Source: Vicugna vicugna (taxonomy: Eukaryota). Taken from it: a stretch of DNA of 64,000 nucleotides. Shown in pieces: positions 25,370 to 37,797 of the stretch. The stretch covers positions 6,854,310 through 6,918,309 of the forward strand of contig MU062356.1 of assembly GCA_013265495.1 (NCBI GenBank), written 5' to 3'. Below the pieces are notes generated by a model that searched no databases, was not told the origin of the DNA, and saw only the letters and a program-made list of their open reading frames with translations. Each line of letters opens with the position of its first letter. The first letter of the stretch is position 1. Both the position numbers and the translations under genes were made by a program.

Positions 25370-26840
25370 TCAGTCATGGTAGCTCCCTTTTGTGAGAAGG
25401 TTATTAAAGTTCACTGGAAAACAATTTCCCCAATCTCACATTTATAATTGAATACTGCTGTTGTGAAGTTTCAATGAGATGAAGTATGTGAAAGTGTCTT
25501 GTAAACTCTGCAAAATAAAAAGTCTGAAAGAAGAGCCATAGAGCTATAAACTGGGGTTCATGTTGAAGAATGAGATTATGGGGGAAATTGTCTCATTTGT
25601 ACACTTCTCTAAGAATTGAATTTTTAAAGCTACAAATATATATGACTTATAAAATCAGCAAAATATATGCCTCTTTTCTTTTTTAAAGTGTTTTCCACAG
25701 GATGTAAGCATTTTTAAAACTCACTATGCCCTGGATCTCAAATGACTAAAATGGGGGTAATTATCAATAGTTTAAAAAAAATCAAATATTATATATGAAG
25801 TCAAGATTGGAAACATGAAATTAGATTTTTCCAGAATCAGAACATATTCTGTAGGTATAATTTGAAGACTGTTTTTTAGAAAATTTGAAAGGAGATCTTA
25901 TTTGGCTTTGACCTGGGTGTGAAAACAATGCGATCATGACTCTCCTGAGGAAGGTGTTCAAGAATTGAACGTTAGGCCATTCCAGGCACCAAAAGGACTG
26001 GCCCAGGTGTGATTCTGTGTAAGTAAGACAGAGGCACATACAGAAACCGAAACCCCAGCTACAGTAGGGAGGCTCAAGGGGGTCCCACTATGAATGGGGC
26101 AAATACCCCACCTGTTCTTCCTTCTTTGAGACGTCCTCACTCTGCTGTTCCCTGTTCTTCACAGCTCTCCTTCTGGGCTCCGGACTTCCACACTTCCTTC
26201 AGAAGTCAGAAGATTCAAGTTCGAACTCTAGCTCTGTCTATTAGTAGCTGTTTGAATCCGGCTCCATGCTTTAAGCTTCTTGAGGCTTCGCTGTTAAATA
26301 GAGGTCGGTGAAGATGAAATGAGATTGATAACAAAAGCAACCCAGAAAGTGCATTTCCACAAACAAATGTGAGATCGAATTTTATGTATTTGCTTTCCCT
26401 ACTACCTTGTCCCTGTCGACATTTATGCAGCTGATGTCCCATTGCCTCGGGGGACCTTGTTTTCTACAGTTAATCTGATAAAGTAAACTCTGCTTATGTG
26501 TTAAAAGGTGCTAATGAGTTAACTTAGTGCCCTTCTCAGGTAATATATTTACATTTGGAAGAAACTTGAAAGGATCTTTTCCTTCTTGGGTTTGGGAAGG
26601 GGAGGAGATGGTGGGAAACAGTGTCAACACTTAGTACCTTCCTCACATGCCAGGCATTCTGATGGGAACCTCATATTCACTGGTTTTCAAATCCATGCAA
26701 CAAAACCTATGAGATGTGCAGACATGCATGATTTCATAGCGAGCGTTGGCTACCTGTAAGTGATTCAGTTCATCGGGGAAACTTTAAGGTTATAATGTGA
26801 TCAAAGCAGGAACGGGAATCATGATTTGGAACTTGCATCT
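25370..26840. mobile_element. Three degraded MIR fragments (about 25370-25520 +, 26205-26340 +, 26625-26840 -)
   Basis: gttgtgaagtttcaatgagatgaagtatgtgaaagtg; ttcgaactctagctctgtctattagtagctg; catgccaggcattctg...aaacctatgag. Confidence 0.55.
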
Positions 26841-27439
26841 TAGGAAAAAAGCTGTCGACTGCAGTTCGAGTGCATTATTTAGTGCTTTGTTTATCTTAAT
26901 AATGGGTAATCAGGATTTGAAGAATGTGTATGCAACTCGAGGCTAATGATAGAGCTGGAAGGGAGAAGAAATGCAAAAGACTTTCTCTCCCTCTCTCTTA
27001 GATTAAAAAAAGCATAGTAGAGTGAACCTCCATTTATTCAATACTTATCAAGATTTCCCTCATTTGTTTCATCTACCCTCCTTTTATATTCCGAAATATG
27101 TTAAAGCAAATAATGACTTCACATTACTTCAGTCCAAAAAACAATGATGAAAATGGTAACTTTTCTTTAAAGACTTTTTCCTCATTGACCAGGGCTAACT
27201 GATGACTCTGAAATACGATTCATACAGGAAACTTAGGTTCCATGCTTAATTTTCCCCTTTAATTGCCAATTGTCAGAATGATGTATTATATACTGATTAC
27301 CTCCAATGGCGATCAAAGAGGTTTTGTGTGTGTGTGTGTGTGTTGTGCTTTGATTTCCCATTTATTGCTTTGGCCACCCCTCTTTGTTTGAGCACCGTCA
27401 TGGACTCACAGATTTTTTTTTTTTTAACGTATTCAGTGC

Positions 27440-27852
27440 TGTAGCAGATGTAGTTGGTGCCCTGCCCACATCACCTCGACACTCACCATTCCTGAAAATG
27501 AAGAGGGCAAGCACCTGTAACTCTCCATCTGAGAATTTTCTCTCTTCCTATGCCCTGGACAGGCAGGAAGTGCCAGAAAATTGACACACAGGGAGAATCC
27601 CTCAGTCAATAATGTCGGAGGACAAATCTGAGGTTGTGTTCCACGTCGTTTTCCAGGGCTCCCAGCAGGATGGAGCCCCAGGTGCCCTTCATAGTGATCT
27701 GTTTATTAACACACCATATACTGGTTTCCTACCCTTTCCCGTCTTGCTTTCATACTCCCCAACCCGCTCCCCCCTAGCATTGGTCCCCGTGAACCACATG
27801 CGCCCAAATCCTTGTCTCAGGGGCTGCTTCTAGGAGAACCCAGACTAAGAAT
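27440..27852 (+). mobile_element. LTR16-type ERVL 5' LTR
   Basis: Starts tgtagcagatg; ends aaatccttgtctcaggggctgcttctaggagaacccagactaaga, the LTR16 terminus; directly followed by an ERVL-type leader gttgacaccaagagtagt. Confidence 0.75.
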
Positions 27853-28516
27853 GTTGACACCAAGAGTAGTTATAGGAAGCAGACACTTAGAATGGGAAAC
27901 TGATGGGAAAGATGGGGTAGTCCCCTGGAAGTGGGACAACAGTCATCTCTGGCCTGGCAAAGTAACACAGTTTCTTAGATGTCAACTGTGGTGGATAAGA
28001 GTGGGAGCGTGTGGAAGGAGATGTACTGGTTTATGTAATAACTGCAATACTTGAAAGATACGAGGGCTGGGAAATTAGTTGCTATTTTTAACACACACAA
28101 GAAGGAAGAAAATAAAAGACTCAGGGCAACAATCTATCAATTCAAGGTATGGTCCGGAAACCAGAATGCCTCGGTGCCATTGTTTAAAGAGAACTTCATC
28201 TCTTGCATCCAGAAGGCTGTGCTAATAATCAGGCTCAAAATGTGAACATAAGAGTGGTGGCACCACAAAGAGGCTGGCTTCACAGCTTGAGACCTAGGAT
28301 GAGGACTTCTGGCTGGATGTGTTTGAGTTCTGTCAACCCTCAGATTCCTCTGCTCCCTGGACCAGCAAAGGTGATCCTTTCCCCTCAGTTAGAGGAAAGC
28401 AACCTTGCATTTTCTGAAGACTGTGCAAGATCTTTCCCTGTGGTGGATGACTTCAAGATGTGTTTATCCTCCTTAAGATCGCTACCTTTTCCCAGCTTCC
28501 TCACTGCTTCTTCAGT

Positions 28517-28707
28517 TGTGTTGTCCAGTCCAATAGCCGCTAGTCTCATGCAATGATGAACCAATCAAAATGAAATAAAATCAAGATTTTTTTTTTTCTC
28601 AGTCACATTACAAGTCCTTGGCGACCACATGCAGTTAGCGGTTACTACGTTGAACTGTGCAGAACTTACATTTTCATCATTACAGAAAGTTCTGCTGGGC
28701 AGAGCTG
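28517..28707. mobile_element. MER3 hAT-Charlie MITE
   Basis: ttgtccagtccaatagccgctag...cattttcatcattacagaaagttctgctgggcagagctg matches MER3. Confidence 0.7.
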
Positions 28708-28715
28708 ATCTAGAC

Positions 28716-28916
28716 CAAAAATTGGCAAACTGGTTTTTAAAGGGTCAGATAGCAAGTACCTTAGGCTTTGTAGGCCTCATGGTCCCTGTTTCTACTACCC
28801 AACCATGCCACTGTAGCATGAACACAGCCATAGGCAATACATAAATAAATGGGTATGGCTGTGTTCCATAATTTTACAACAATTTAAAGTGTCCAGCCCT
28901 AGTCTGCCAACCCCTG
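28716..28916 (-). mobile_element. MER58A hAT-Charlie MITE
   Basis: ttggcaaact...taaagggtcagatagcaagtaccttaggctttg...atgggtatggctgtgttcca...gtctgccaacccctg; flanks atctagac/gtctataa. Confidence 0.85.
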
Positions 28917-30462
28917 GTCTATAACAAAAACCAGCATCAAGTCTTAGTGTAGCACAAACTGGAAGCACTGTTCATACACAAGGTGAATGTAATTTCCACA
29001 GTGAGGTATACAGCTGGGCTGATAATGAGGACCCGTGACTCACAGGAACCTTTGACGGTGTATAGTTGACCTCGGTATTCCCAGGGGCAAGACAGCTGAG
29101 CAGCAGATGATGGTGCTGCTTGACTTATAACAAACAAAAAAACCATTAGTAGGGGAGTCGGAAGCTGATGTCAAGCACCATCTTGGAAAAATCACAATCC
29201 CTCACACGATTCCACACTATGAGAAAAAGGGGAACTACTCACCAAAGGTTATGTATCCCAACAAATTTCAAGGCAGTATGCTTGGAATGTAACTTGAGGC
29301 TGCTCAGAGGGGACAAACAGAGGGTTTGGTAAGGAAGAGTGTATTGACATGAGTACTGGCAAGGTTTACATCCTGGCAAGGGCCTCTGGAGACGAGCCTT
29401 ATCTACTGCACGAATGGCAACTTAATTCTCAAGCCTCCTATTTTCTGGAGGCCTAGAGTACATGAACTGGAGATGCCAGGACTGTCCTGGCAGAGGGTTA
29501 AGGAATAGGTCAAAAGAATCAGAGATGTGGACTTGTTTGAATAGATTCATTACAAAACAAAAAACAAAAAACAAAAAACAAAACAAAAAAAAAAACAAAC
29601 AGCTCTCTGTGTTCTCCAGAGGGCCCCAGAGAACTCACTTCACTTAGGCCATGGGGAATGAGAGAAATTAATGTTGGTTATCATTTGTGAGCCAGGGGTG
29701 GAATGGAAGGTTATTACAGTACTGGGGTACTTAGTATCATTGCAGAGGATACGCTTCTGGCATCCTAGAGACCAGGTGTCAGCATTTTACCATCAGAAGG
29801 CAAGACAAATATAATTTCCATAATGAGTATACAGCTAGAATGACAATGAGGAGCCCGTGACCTGCAGGAATCTGTTGGAAGACATCTAACAGATCAAGGT
29901 ATTCCTCAGGGCAAGACAGTTGAGCAGCTGATGATGGTGTTGTTTGACCTATACAACCAGAAAAATTAATAGTGGGCCAGCAGAAAGCTGGTGTCAGAAG
30001 CTGTCCTGGAAAATCACAATCCCTCAGTTCTCAGACCCAGAGTCCACTAATTGAAAGGGAGGCTATTTCCTTTGGAGAAAAGTTGCTGTGATGTCACAGG
30101 AAGTATAATGTCATATAGCAGTAGCTATTTTCCCAAACTATCTTCAAAGGACTATAAAGGTCATCTACTGGATAACTGTACATTCACAGAAAGCTGATTT
30201 CCAAGGGATGTTGGGTACCAGATCATAGGTGACAGTGACAGAGCAAGGGAATTGAAATGCCTATAGGAGCTATGGAAGTCATGTGAAAACAGAGTCCTGT
30301 TCTAGGTCCACCTCACAGTGAACACAATAGATCTATGGACCACCCTATGATTATTTTCCCAGCTCTAAATGCATCATTAGGTTGAATTTACCCAGAAGCT
30401 GAGCGAGCCCTCATATTCATTAGTTGATTGTGAGGTGTTATGACAGCAGAAATTAGTGGAAG

Positions 30463-30964
30463 TATGGTAGGCAGAATAGTGGCTCCTCAATGATGTCCAT
30501 GTCCTACTTCCTGGAACCTGTGACTATGTTAAGTTACATGGCAAAGGGCAATTAAGGTTGCAGATGGAACTAAGGTTGCTCATCAGCTGACCTTGAACTG
30601 GAGAAATTATTCTAGATTATCTGGGAGGCCCAATAAAATCACAAGAGTCTTTATAAATAGAAGAGGGTGGCAGAAGAGGAAGTCAGATTCTGAGATTTGA
30701 AGATGCTACGATGCTGGCTTTGAAGGTAGAGGAAGAGGTCACAAGCCAAGGAATGCAGGAAGTCTCTTGAAGCTAAAAAAGCCAAGGAAAGAGATTCTCC
30801 CCTAGGCCCTCCTGAATGAACATAGTTCTCCCAATACCTTGATTTTATCCCCATGAAACCTATTTTGAACTTTAGGCCTGCAGAACCGTAAGATAATAAG
30901 TTTCTTTCTTTTTAAGCACTAAATTTATGATCATTTGTTATAGCAGCAGTAGAAAGCTAATGTA
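30463..30964 (+). mobile_element. MLT1D solo LTR nested in ERVL pol
   Basis: tatggtaggcagaatagtggctcc...tttgttatagcagcagtagaaagctaatgta; perfect 5-bp TSD GGAAG (30458-30462 and 30965-30969). Confidence 0.9.
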
Positions 30965-30999
30965 GGAAGCTCTTAAATTTGCACCGCTCCCCTCTACCC

Positions 31000-31660
31000 C
31001 TGCAAGAAATTAAAATGAAAGCAATGACACACCCTGGATGAATAGCAGGGCTGAGCACTACTCTCAAGGAGTCACAGGTTGCTGAGGTGGTTCATCCTAT
31101 TCTCGTCTGATTCACTGTATGGTCCCTAAAAATCAGATGGCTCATGGCAGAAGATGGTGAACTGTGGTAAACTTAAATGAGTGGGAGCCCCAGCTGCAGC
31201 TGCTGTGCCAAATGTGGTATCTTTACTAGAAGAGATCAAAGTAGCCTCCAGCACTTGGAATACAGCTATTGATCGGGTGAACGCATTCTTTTCAATTCCC
31301 ATCGTGAAGGAGGATCAAAAGAAATCCAGATTCGCCTGGGAATGACAGCAGTACACATTCATTTACAGTTATGCCCCAGGGTTTTGACACTTTCCTAGTC
31401 TTGATCGTCTTGATGTTCCAAAAGATATGAAGTTGATCCAACATATTAATGATGTCATGGTAAGCGGACCTGTTGAGCAGGAAATGGCAAATACTCTGAA
31501 TGCCCCAAAACAAATGTGTACAACACGGTGAGAGAAAAATCTTATGAGGATCTACGGACCTCCCACATTGGTGATGTTTTTAGGGGTCTAGTTGTCTGAG
31601 TGTGCCAGGGCAGCCCCTCCAATATAAAAGATGAATTATTGCAACTTGAACCTCTTACTG
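31000..31660 (+). pseudogene. ERVL reverse transcriptase remnant
   Basis: The frame from 31145 reads WQKMVNCGKLK*VGAPAAAAVPNVVSLLEEI...AIDRVNAFFSIP (cf. IDLANAFFSIP); later LIQHINDVMVSG (cf. HYIDDIMLIG); stops and frameshifts present. Confidence 0.85.
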
Positions 31661-31679
31661 AGAAGAAACAAGCATTTTA

Positions 31680-31768
31680 GAATTCATTGTTTTTCATATA
31701 GTGAAAAGTATAAATCTTAAGTGTATGCCTATATATATAGAAAGAGAAAGAGAGAGAGACAGAGAGAC

Positions 31769-31800
<32 letters not shown>

Positions 31801-32630
31801 GTATCTCATGATATAATCATGATAATCATGATCCAGATTGGCACATATTAAGGACATTCCTACTGTCCCAGAATTTTCTCATGACCTTTCCAGTCAACAT
31901 CCCACCCTCCCAAAGGTGACAACTATTCTGACTTCTGTCTTCATAGATTAACTTGGCCTATTTTTCACTCCATCAAAGTGGAATCACAGTGCATGTACTC
32001 TTGAATTGGCTTATTTTGCTCGACATGTTGTTCGTGAAATTTATCTGTGTTGTTTTATGTTTCAGTAATTGGCTCTTTTTTCTTGTGGTACAGTATTACA
32101 TTGTATGGATACACCAAAATATGCTATCTATTCTTCTGTTGATGGATGTTTGTGTTCTGTTTCATAGGTTTATTTATCTGTATCCAAATACCACACTGTC
32201 TTAATTACATAGTTTTATAAGAAGTCTTAAAATCTGACACTGTAGATACTCCAGATTTCTTCATCTTCAAGATTGTCTTGGTTGTTCTAAATCCTTTGCG
32301 TTTTCATTTAAATTTTAAAATCAGCTTGTCAACGTACATAAGTATATGTTGCTGGGATTTTGATCAGAATTATATTAAATCTGTAGACCATATTTGGTCA
32401 TTTTACTAATTGTTTTGATAGCTTCTTTGTAGATTCCCTTTGATTCTCTATGTACATAACATATCACATGCAAAGACATCTTTCATATATATATATTTGA
32501 TTTGTAACACTGACGAGGACCTCAAGTCCAATGTGAAATAAAAGTAGAGATAGTGAGAGACATTGACTTGGTCTCGATTTTATCAGATTTATCAGCATAA
32601 TACTTAATGTTAAATATTGGATATTTTTCC
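31680..32630 (-). mobile_element. L1ME/MC-type 3' and ORF2 fragments
   Basis: ggtgacaactattctgacttctgtcttcatagattaacttggcc; ttaattacatagttttataagaagtcttaaaatctg. Confidence 0.75.
31731..31800. repeat. (TA)n-(GA)n/(GAGACA)n compound microsatellite
   Basis: Direct reading of the sequence. Confidence 0.9.
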
Positions 32631-32829
32631 AAATTTAGGAGAAAGGTGTGCTGGGTCATCCAGTAAATAGGTTGGAGCAATATTCCCAAATGTGATATAA
32701 GCCATGTTTCCACTTCCACTTACGATATAGAAGACTTTGACAGATCATTGTTTCTAAGGGTGAAATGAAAAATTAAATTTAATAAAGCTTTATATATATA
32801 ATATATTAAATTTAAATTTTAAAAGGTAT

Positions 32830-34290
32830 ATGTATATTTAATAGATAATTTTTTGGAGAAGTTTTAGGGTCACACGAAAACTGAGCAGAAAGTACAGAGA
32901 ATCCCCATATACCCCCAGGCCCTTCCCTCCTCACACACGCACACCATCCCCGACTGTCAACACCCATCACCAGAGTGGTACACTTGTTACAGCTGATGAG
33001 CCTACATTTAAACATCATTATCAGCCATGGTCTAGAGTTTACATTCACTCTTGCTGTATATTCTATGGATTTTGACAAATGTATAACGACATGCATTCAC
33101 CACTGTGGTACCATATAGAATAATTTCTCTGACCTCAAAATACTCTATGCTCTGCTTATTCATCTCACACTCCCCCCAACTCCTTGCAACTGCTGATATT
33201 TTAATTGACTCCATAGTTTTGCCTTTTCCAGAATGTCATACAGTTGAAATTATACAGTATGTAGTTCTATCANNNNNNNNNNNNNNNNNNNNNNNNNNNN
33301 NNNNNNNNNNNNNNNNNNNNNNNNNNNNNNNNNNNNNNNNNNNNNNNNNNNNNNNNNNNNNNNNNNNNNNNNNNNNNNNNNNNNNNNNNNNNNNNNNNNN
33401 NNNNNNNNCTGAGAACATCTTGGTGGCTTCCAAGTTTTGGCAATAATGATTAAAGACACTATAAACATTCATGTGTAGCTTTTATATGGATGTAAGTTTT
33501 TATTTCATTTGGGTAAATATCAAGGAACACAACTGCTAAATCATACGGTAAGAGTAAGCTTAGTTGTCTAAGAAACCATCAAATTGTCTTCTAACGTAGG
33601 GCTGTACTATTTTGAATTCCCACCAGCAGCTAATGAGAGTTCCTGTTGCTTCACATCCTTGTCAGCATTTGGTATTATCAGCGTTTTGGATTTTGGCCAT
33701 TCCAATAGGTGTGTAGTGGTATCTTGTTGTTGTTAAAATTTGCATTTTTCTATGACATCTGATGTTGAGCATCTTTTATATGCTTATTTGCCATATGTAT
33801 CTTCTTTGGTGAGATGTCTATTCAAGCTTTTGCACATTAAAAAAATCTGGTTGTTTATTTTCTTATTGTTCAGTTTTAAGAGTTCTTTGTATATTTTGGA
33901 TAACAGTCCTTTATTACATCTGTCTTTTGCAAATACTTTTTCCCAGTCCATGGNNNNNNNNNNNNNNNNNNNNNNNNNNNNNNNNNNNNNNNNNNNNNNN
34001 NNNNNNNNNNNNNNNNNNNNNNNNNNNNNNNNNNNNNNNNNNNNNNNNNNNNNNNNNNNNNNNNNNNNNNNNNNNNNNNNNNNNNNNNNNNNNNNNNNNN
34101 NTTTTCTCCTATGCTGTCTTCTAGGCGTTCTATAGTTTTGCATTTTACATTTAGGTCTGTGATCCATTTTGAGTTAAAATTTTTGTGAAGGGTGAAAGGT
34201 CTGTGTCTGAATTCTTTTTAAAAAATTTTTTACATGTGGTTAACCAGTTTCTCCAGCATCATTTGTTGCAAAGACTATCTTTTCTTCAAG
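32830..34290 (-). mobile_element. L1MB-type 3' UTR and ORF2 end, containing two N blocks (33273-33408, 33954-34101)
   Basis: aactgagcagaaagtacagagaatcccc is L1MB 3' UTR; the antisense peptide [29 protein letters not shown] is L1 ORF2. Confidence 0.85.
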
Positions 34291-34549
34291 GTCATTTATT
34301 TTTTAAAACATATTGGGGCACCATGGCTGCAAATATGTCTAAAGGAAATAAATTCTAGAGGGAGACAAGCCCTTCCTGCATGGGCAGAGATTTCATTTAA
34401 TTTTCACAAAAACTCCGTGAAGTAGGATTATTATTCAACTACTTGCTTAAGGCCACACAGCTCAGAGGAAATGAGGCAATGTCCAGAGAAGATGCGAAAA
34501 CACCAGTGATCTATTTGCCAAAACCTGTAGAAACACTTCAGCCCTTATC

Positions 34550-35640
34550 TTGTTGGCAGCATTTTGGCAGTGTTAACTATAATTTTCTTGAAAATCTTCC
34601 CCTTTGACACCTGTGACACTGAACTTTTCCTCTTTTGACTCTGGCCCTTTCTTTCAGTTTTTTTCCTCCCATCTCCTTAGTTGTTGGTGATTCCGTGGAG
34701 AACCAACCACAACATTCTTCTCGCCAACGTCTTTCCTGGGTGATGACATTTCTCCACTCCAGTGGCCCAAACCAGTGCCAACGGTTCTCTCAGGTTTTTA
34801 ACTACTAGTTTAGATGGTTCTCCTAATTTCTTAGCAGGATCTCTACCCGAATTATCCCCCAGCAGCTGAAACCCAACCTGTCCAAGGTTGATCCCATCTT
34901 CTGTGTTGTCTACTTTAGAAAGTGGAACTACCTGAAAAGTTCTCAAGCCTGAAAGTTGGACGTAATCCTAACTTTCTCGCACTCCTGCTTTCAAATAGTC
35001 ACTAGGTATGATCCCTCCCACAGTCTTAAATAATCTCCTATGTTCTCCTCCTATCCATTCTCACTGCTAATGGTCCAGAACTTTTTCTCACTGTCACTGT
35101 TCTAGAACTTTTTCACTTCTTGCCTGTTACTGAAACAACCCCTTCAATTCTCTCCTGCCTCTAGCCTGATTCCTCTCCAGTGCATCATCTGTCACAGTGT
35201 CAGGATGGTCTTCCTAAAGCCACATTTGCTCATGTGCCTTCCCTCCATAAGGCCCTCTGACAGCATCCCACTGACTTTGGGGAAAAGGAAACACATCTTT
35301 TAACATGATTTCTAAACCCATTTGGTTAGGTAGCCTCCAAACTCATCTCTCTGATGTCACTGCTTGGGACTCTCATTTGCATTTTCCTAAGTGAGCCATG
35401 CTCTCTCTTACCTAAGGAATTTCTAGCATGTTATTGCTTCTTCTGGGGAATCAGGATGCTTCTCCTTTACGCCCTCCTCATCTTTTGTTATGTTATTTAT
35501 TGTGCTTTCCTGTGATTAGGTGTTTACTTCTGTCCTTCCCTCTTACACTGTAGACACCCTGCGGGCTAGCACAGGTTGGCTTTAGCATCTCCAGCCTCAT
35601 CTGCTTTGGTTGGCACCTACTCCTGGGTGACTGAAGTCCC
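34550..35640 (+). mobile_element. L2 ORF2 3' region
   Basis: cttgaaaatcttcccctttgacacctgtgacactg; pyrimidine-rich ctctcctgcctctagcctgattcctctccagtgcatc; 3' gggctagcacaggttggc. Confidence 0.7.
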
Positions 35641-36419
35641 CTCTCCAGAGCAGAGCTCCACGCTCTGACAACTGTGACTGCCTAGTCTGGTTTTTGTCTA
35701 GGGATTCTTAAGCTTCAACATGATGTTTCAGCTCCTCTCCAGTCCTCAGTGGCCTGGTTTCATGATATAAACCATCTTGTTATGGTTCCCATATGATATT
35801 CTACCATCGTCTCACTTCTTGGCATCAGACCTCCTGCCTTTGAAGAACCGTGCATTGGCTGGTCAATTGGGCCTCTTTGCAGGCAGTACTCCAACTCCTA
35901 TAATGTCTGGGCTCAGGGTTTTGTAATGTTTTGTTTTCCCCTCCCCAGCTTGGAGGTCCCTTAGCTGCAAGCTGAAAGTGTTAGCTTATGCCCAAAGAAC
36001 TGTCTTCTGTCACATACTAGCCTCCCATTGCCAGCTTAATAACAATTCACTCTTGGGTCCCAGCTGCCTGGAAATAAAACAGCACCAAGATCATCATACC
36101 AAGGGCTTGGGATAGCTGGTACATATCGAGTAGAAATTGCAGGCATGAATTAAAAGGAAAATAAGGTGGATTTATGGTTAGCAAATGACAAAACTAACCC
36201 CCAGCCACGTACCTCTGCCCCCGGAGGACAGGGTCCAGAATGAATAAGCAGCATAGAAAACAAGAAGCAATGGAGAAACAGAGAAGCTAAGAAGCGTCTC
36301 TGCATCCTAGGGTCCTCCCAGGAGCTGCTTTGGGACAGCTGCTTGTGGGGGTTCTCGGAAGGGGTTCACAGACCTCTAAGCCACATGTGAGTCTTGGGCC
36401 CCTCCGAGAATGACACGTG

Positions 36420-37240
36420 ATGGGGGCCAGATCGCTAGTGGGTGGAGGGAGCAGAGCTGAGGAGGCGGGGCGGGGGAGGCGAGGGAGCAGGCGGAGAACG
36501 GGCTCTGCAGCTGGCCTGCCTGTGTCCGGACCCTGGATCCACTGCTTCCCAGGACAGATCTTTAACTTTTCTCCGTCTGAGTTTTCTCACGTACTCAATG
36601 GGGATGTAATAGTATATCAGAATATAGGCGGGTCACGTCAGGTAGCTGGTGTGAATTCAGGTATAATGACGTGACTGTTATTTTCCTTCACGTGATGATA
36701 TCCTGAGCATGGAGCTGGCCCACGACAAACTGATGGGCATGTGGGCATACCCACCTTAGAGGGCAGGGGTGGGTGGCTTATTCCATTCCAGCTACTAATT
36801 TCTCCCGCCCTGTGCAGATCAGTCCTTTTTTTTTTTTTTTTTAAAAGAATGTTTGTTTTACAAAAACAAGGGAGGCCCCACCCCAGTCTGGCCCAGGGCT
36901 GCTCCCTGTTCCCTGTCTGGGTCCGCTTCCTGTCATCCCCAGAGCTGCTCCAGGACCCGGACCGTGAGGCTCAGTGAGGCAGTGACTAAGCAGGCCCAGG
37001 AGGGGTACATGACTGACGCAGGATGCCAGGGTCCGGTCAGCCCCGCGTGGCCCCCCTGCAGCCCCCGAGGACTCAGGGAGCTGAGGTCTAGTGCCTGCCT
37101 TGGCCTTGCCTGCCCCGAGCTGCCTGCCGAGGTCAGGACAGACGCTGAGCCCTGAGACCTCAGGTCCCCTCTTCCTGACCATCTCCCAGGAAGAGTGACC
37201 TTTCAGTGCCCCCAGGAGGGGTGTAACGAGGTGAGCAGCT
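36420..37240. promoter_or_regulatory. GC-rich enhancer or promoter-like region
   Basis: Tandem GC boxes 36462-36476, three CACGT-core motifs 36633-36695, ETS CTTCCTG 36926-36932, AP-1/CRE-like sites, raised CpG. Confidence 0.45.
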
Positions 37241-37445
37241 TCTCTGGTGCTAGGCTGGGGGTTCCCACAGTCAGGGAGTCCAGTTTTCTCCCATTACCAC
37301 TGGGGTCCTGAGGGAGAGCCCCCCACCTGTCCTGCCTTCACCAGCCACCTACGTGTACCACTAGCTCTCAGGTCCACCCTGCTCTCCTTTGTTCAGTTCT
37401 ATATGGCAAGGGGCAGCAGCCCAGGCTCCCATGTCTAGTGCCTTC

Positions 37446-37797
37446 TGTTTCATCTAGTGCAAAGACTAGAAGAAGATGGAGGGTGGGGGCTAGGGAGGCC
37501 AGGGTATTTCCCCCTCCTTGGCAGCCTCAGGAGATGTCTGGCAGTCACTGAGTCTCTCCTCTGGCTCCAGATCCCACTGGACAAGCTCATCATGGTTCCA
37601 AATTCCACTGAGCTCCATTGATGCCACCTTCCCTGTTGCCCCTCCACTGGAAGGTGCTGATGGCTTCCTCTTCCAGCTAATCTCTGAGTTGTTTACTGTC
37701 TCTTGATTGATTTTTAGTTCTCCTGTTACCTGCATTAAATTCTCTCTTTTTAAAACTAAAATGGTTTCTGTTTTCTGATTTGGATTCTGACCAATAC
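37446..37797 (+). mobile_element. LTR33-type ERVL solo LTR
   Basis: ggcttcctcttccagctaatctctgagttg and terminal ttaaattctctctttttaaaactaaaatggtttctgttttctgatttggattctgaccaatac. Confidence 0.7.

Larger units (their letters stand above)
27853..31665 (+). mobile_element. ERVL internal region (ERV3-16A3_I/HERV16-like), decayed and interrupted
   Basis: Gag-like peptides KEENKRLRATIYQFK (ORF 28051) and NNQAQNVNIRV (ORF 28203), a protease region, then RT; interrupted by MER3, MER58A and MLT1D; no 3' LTR seen. Confidence 0.8.
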
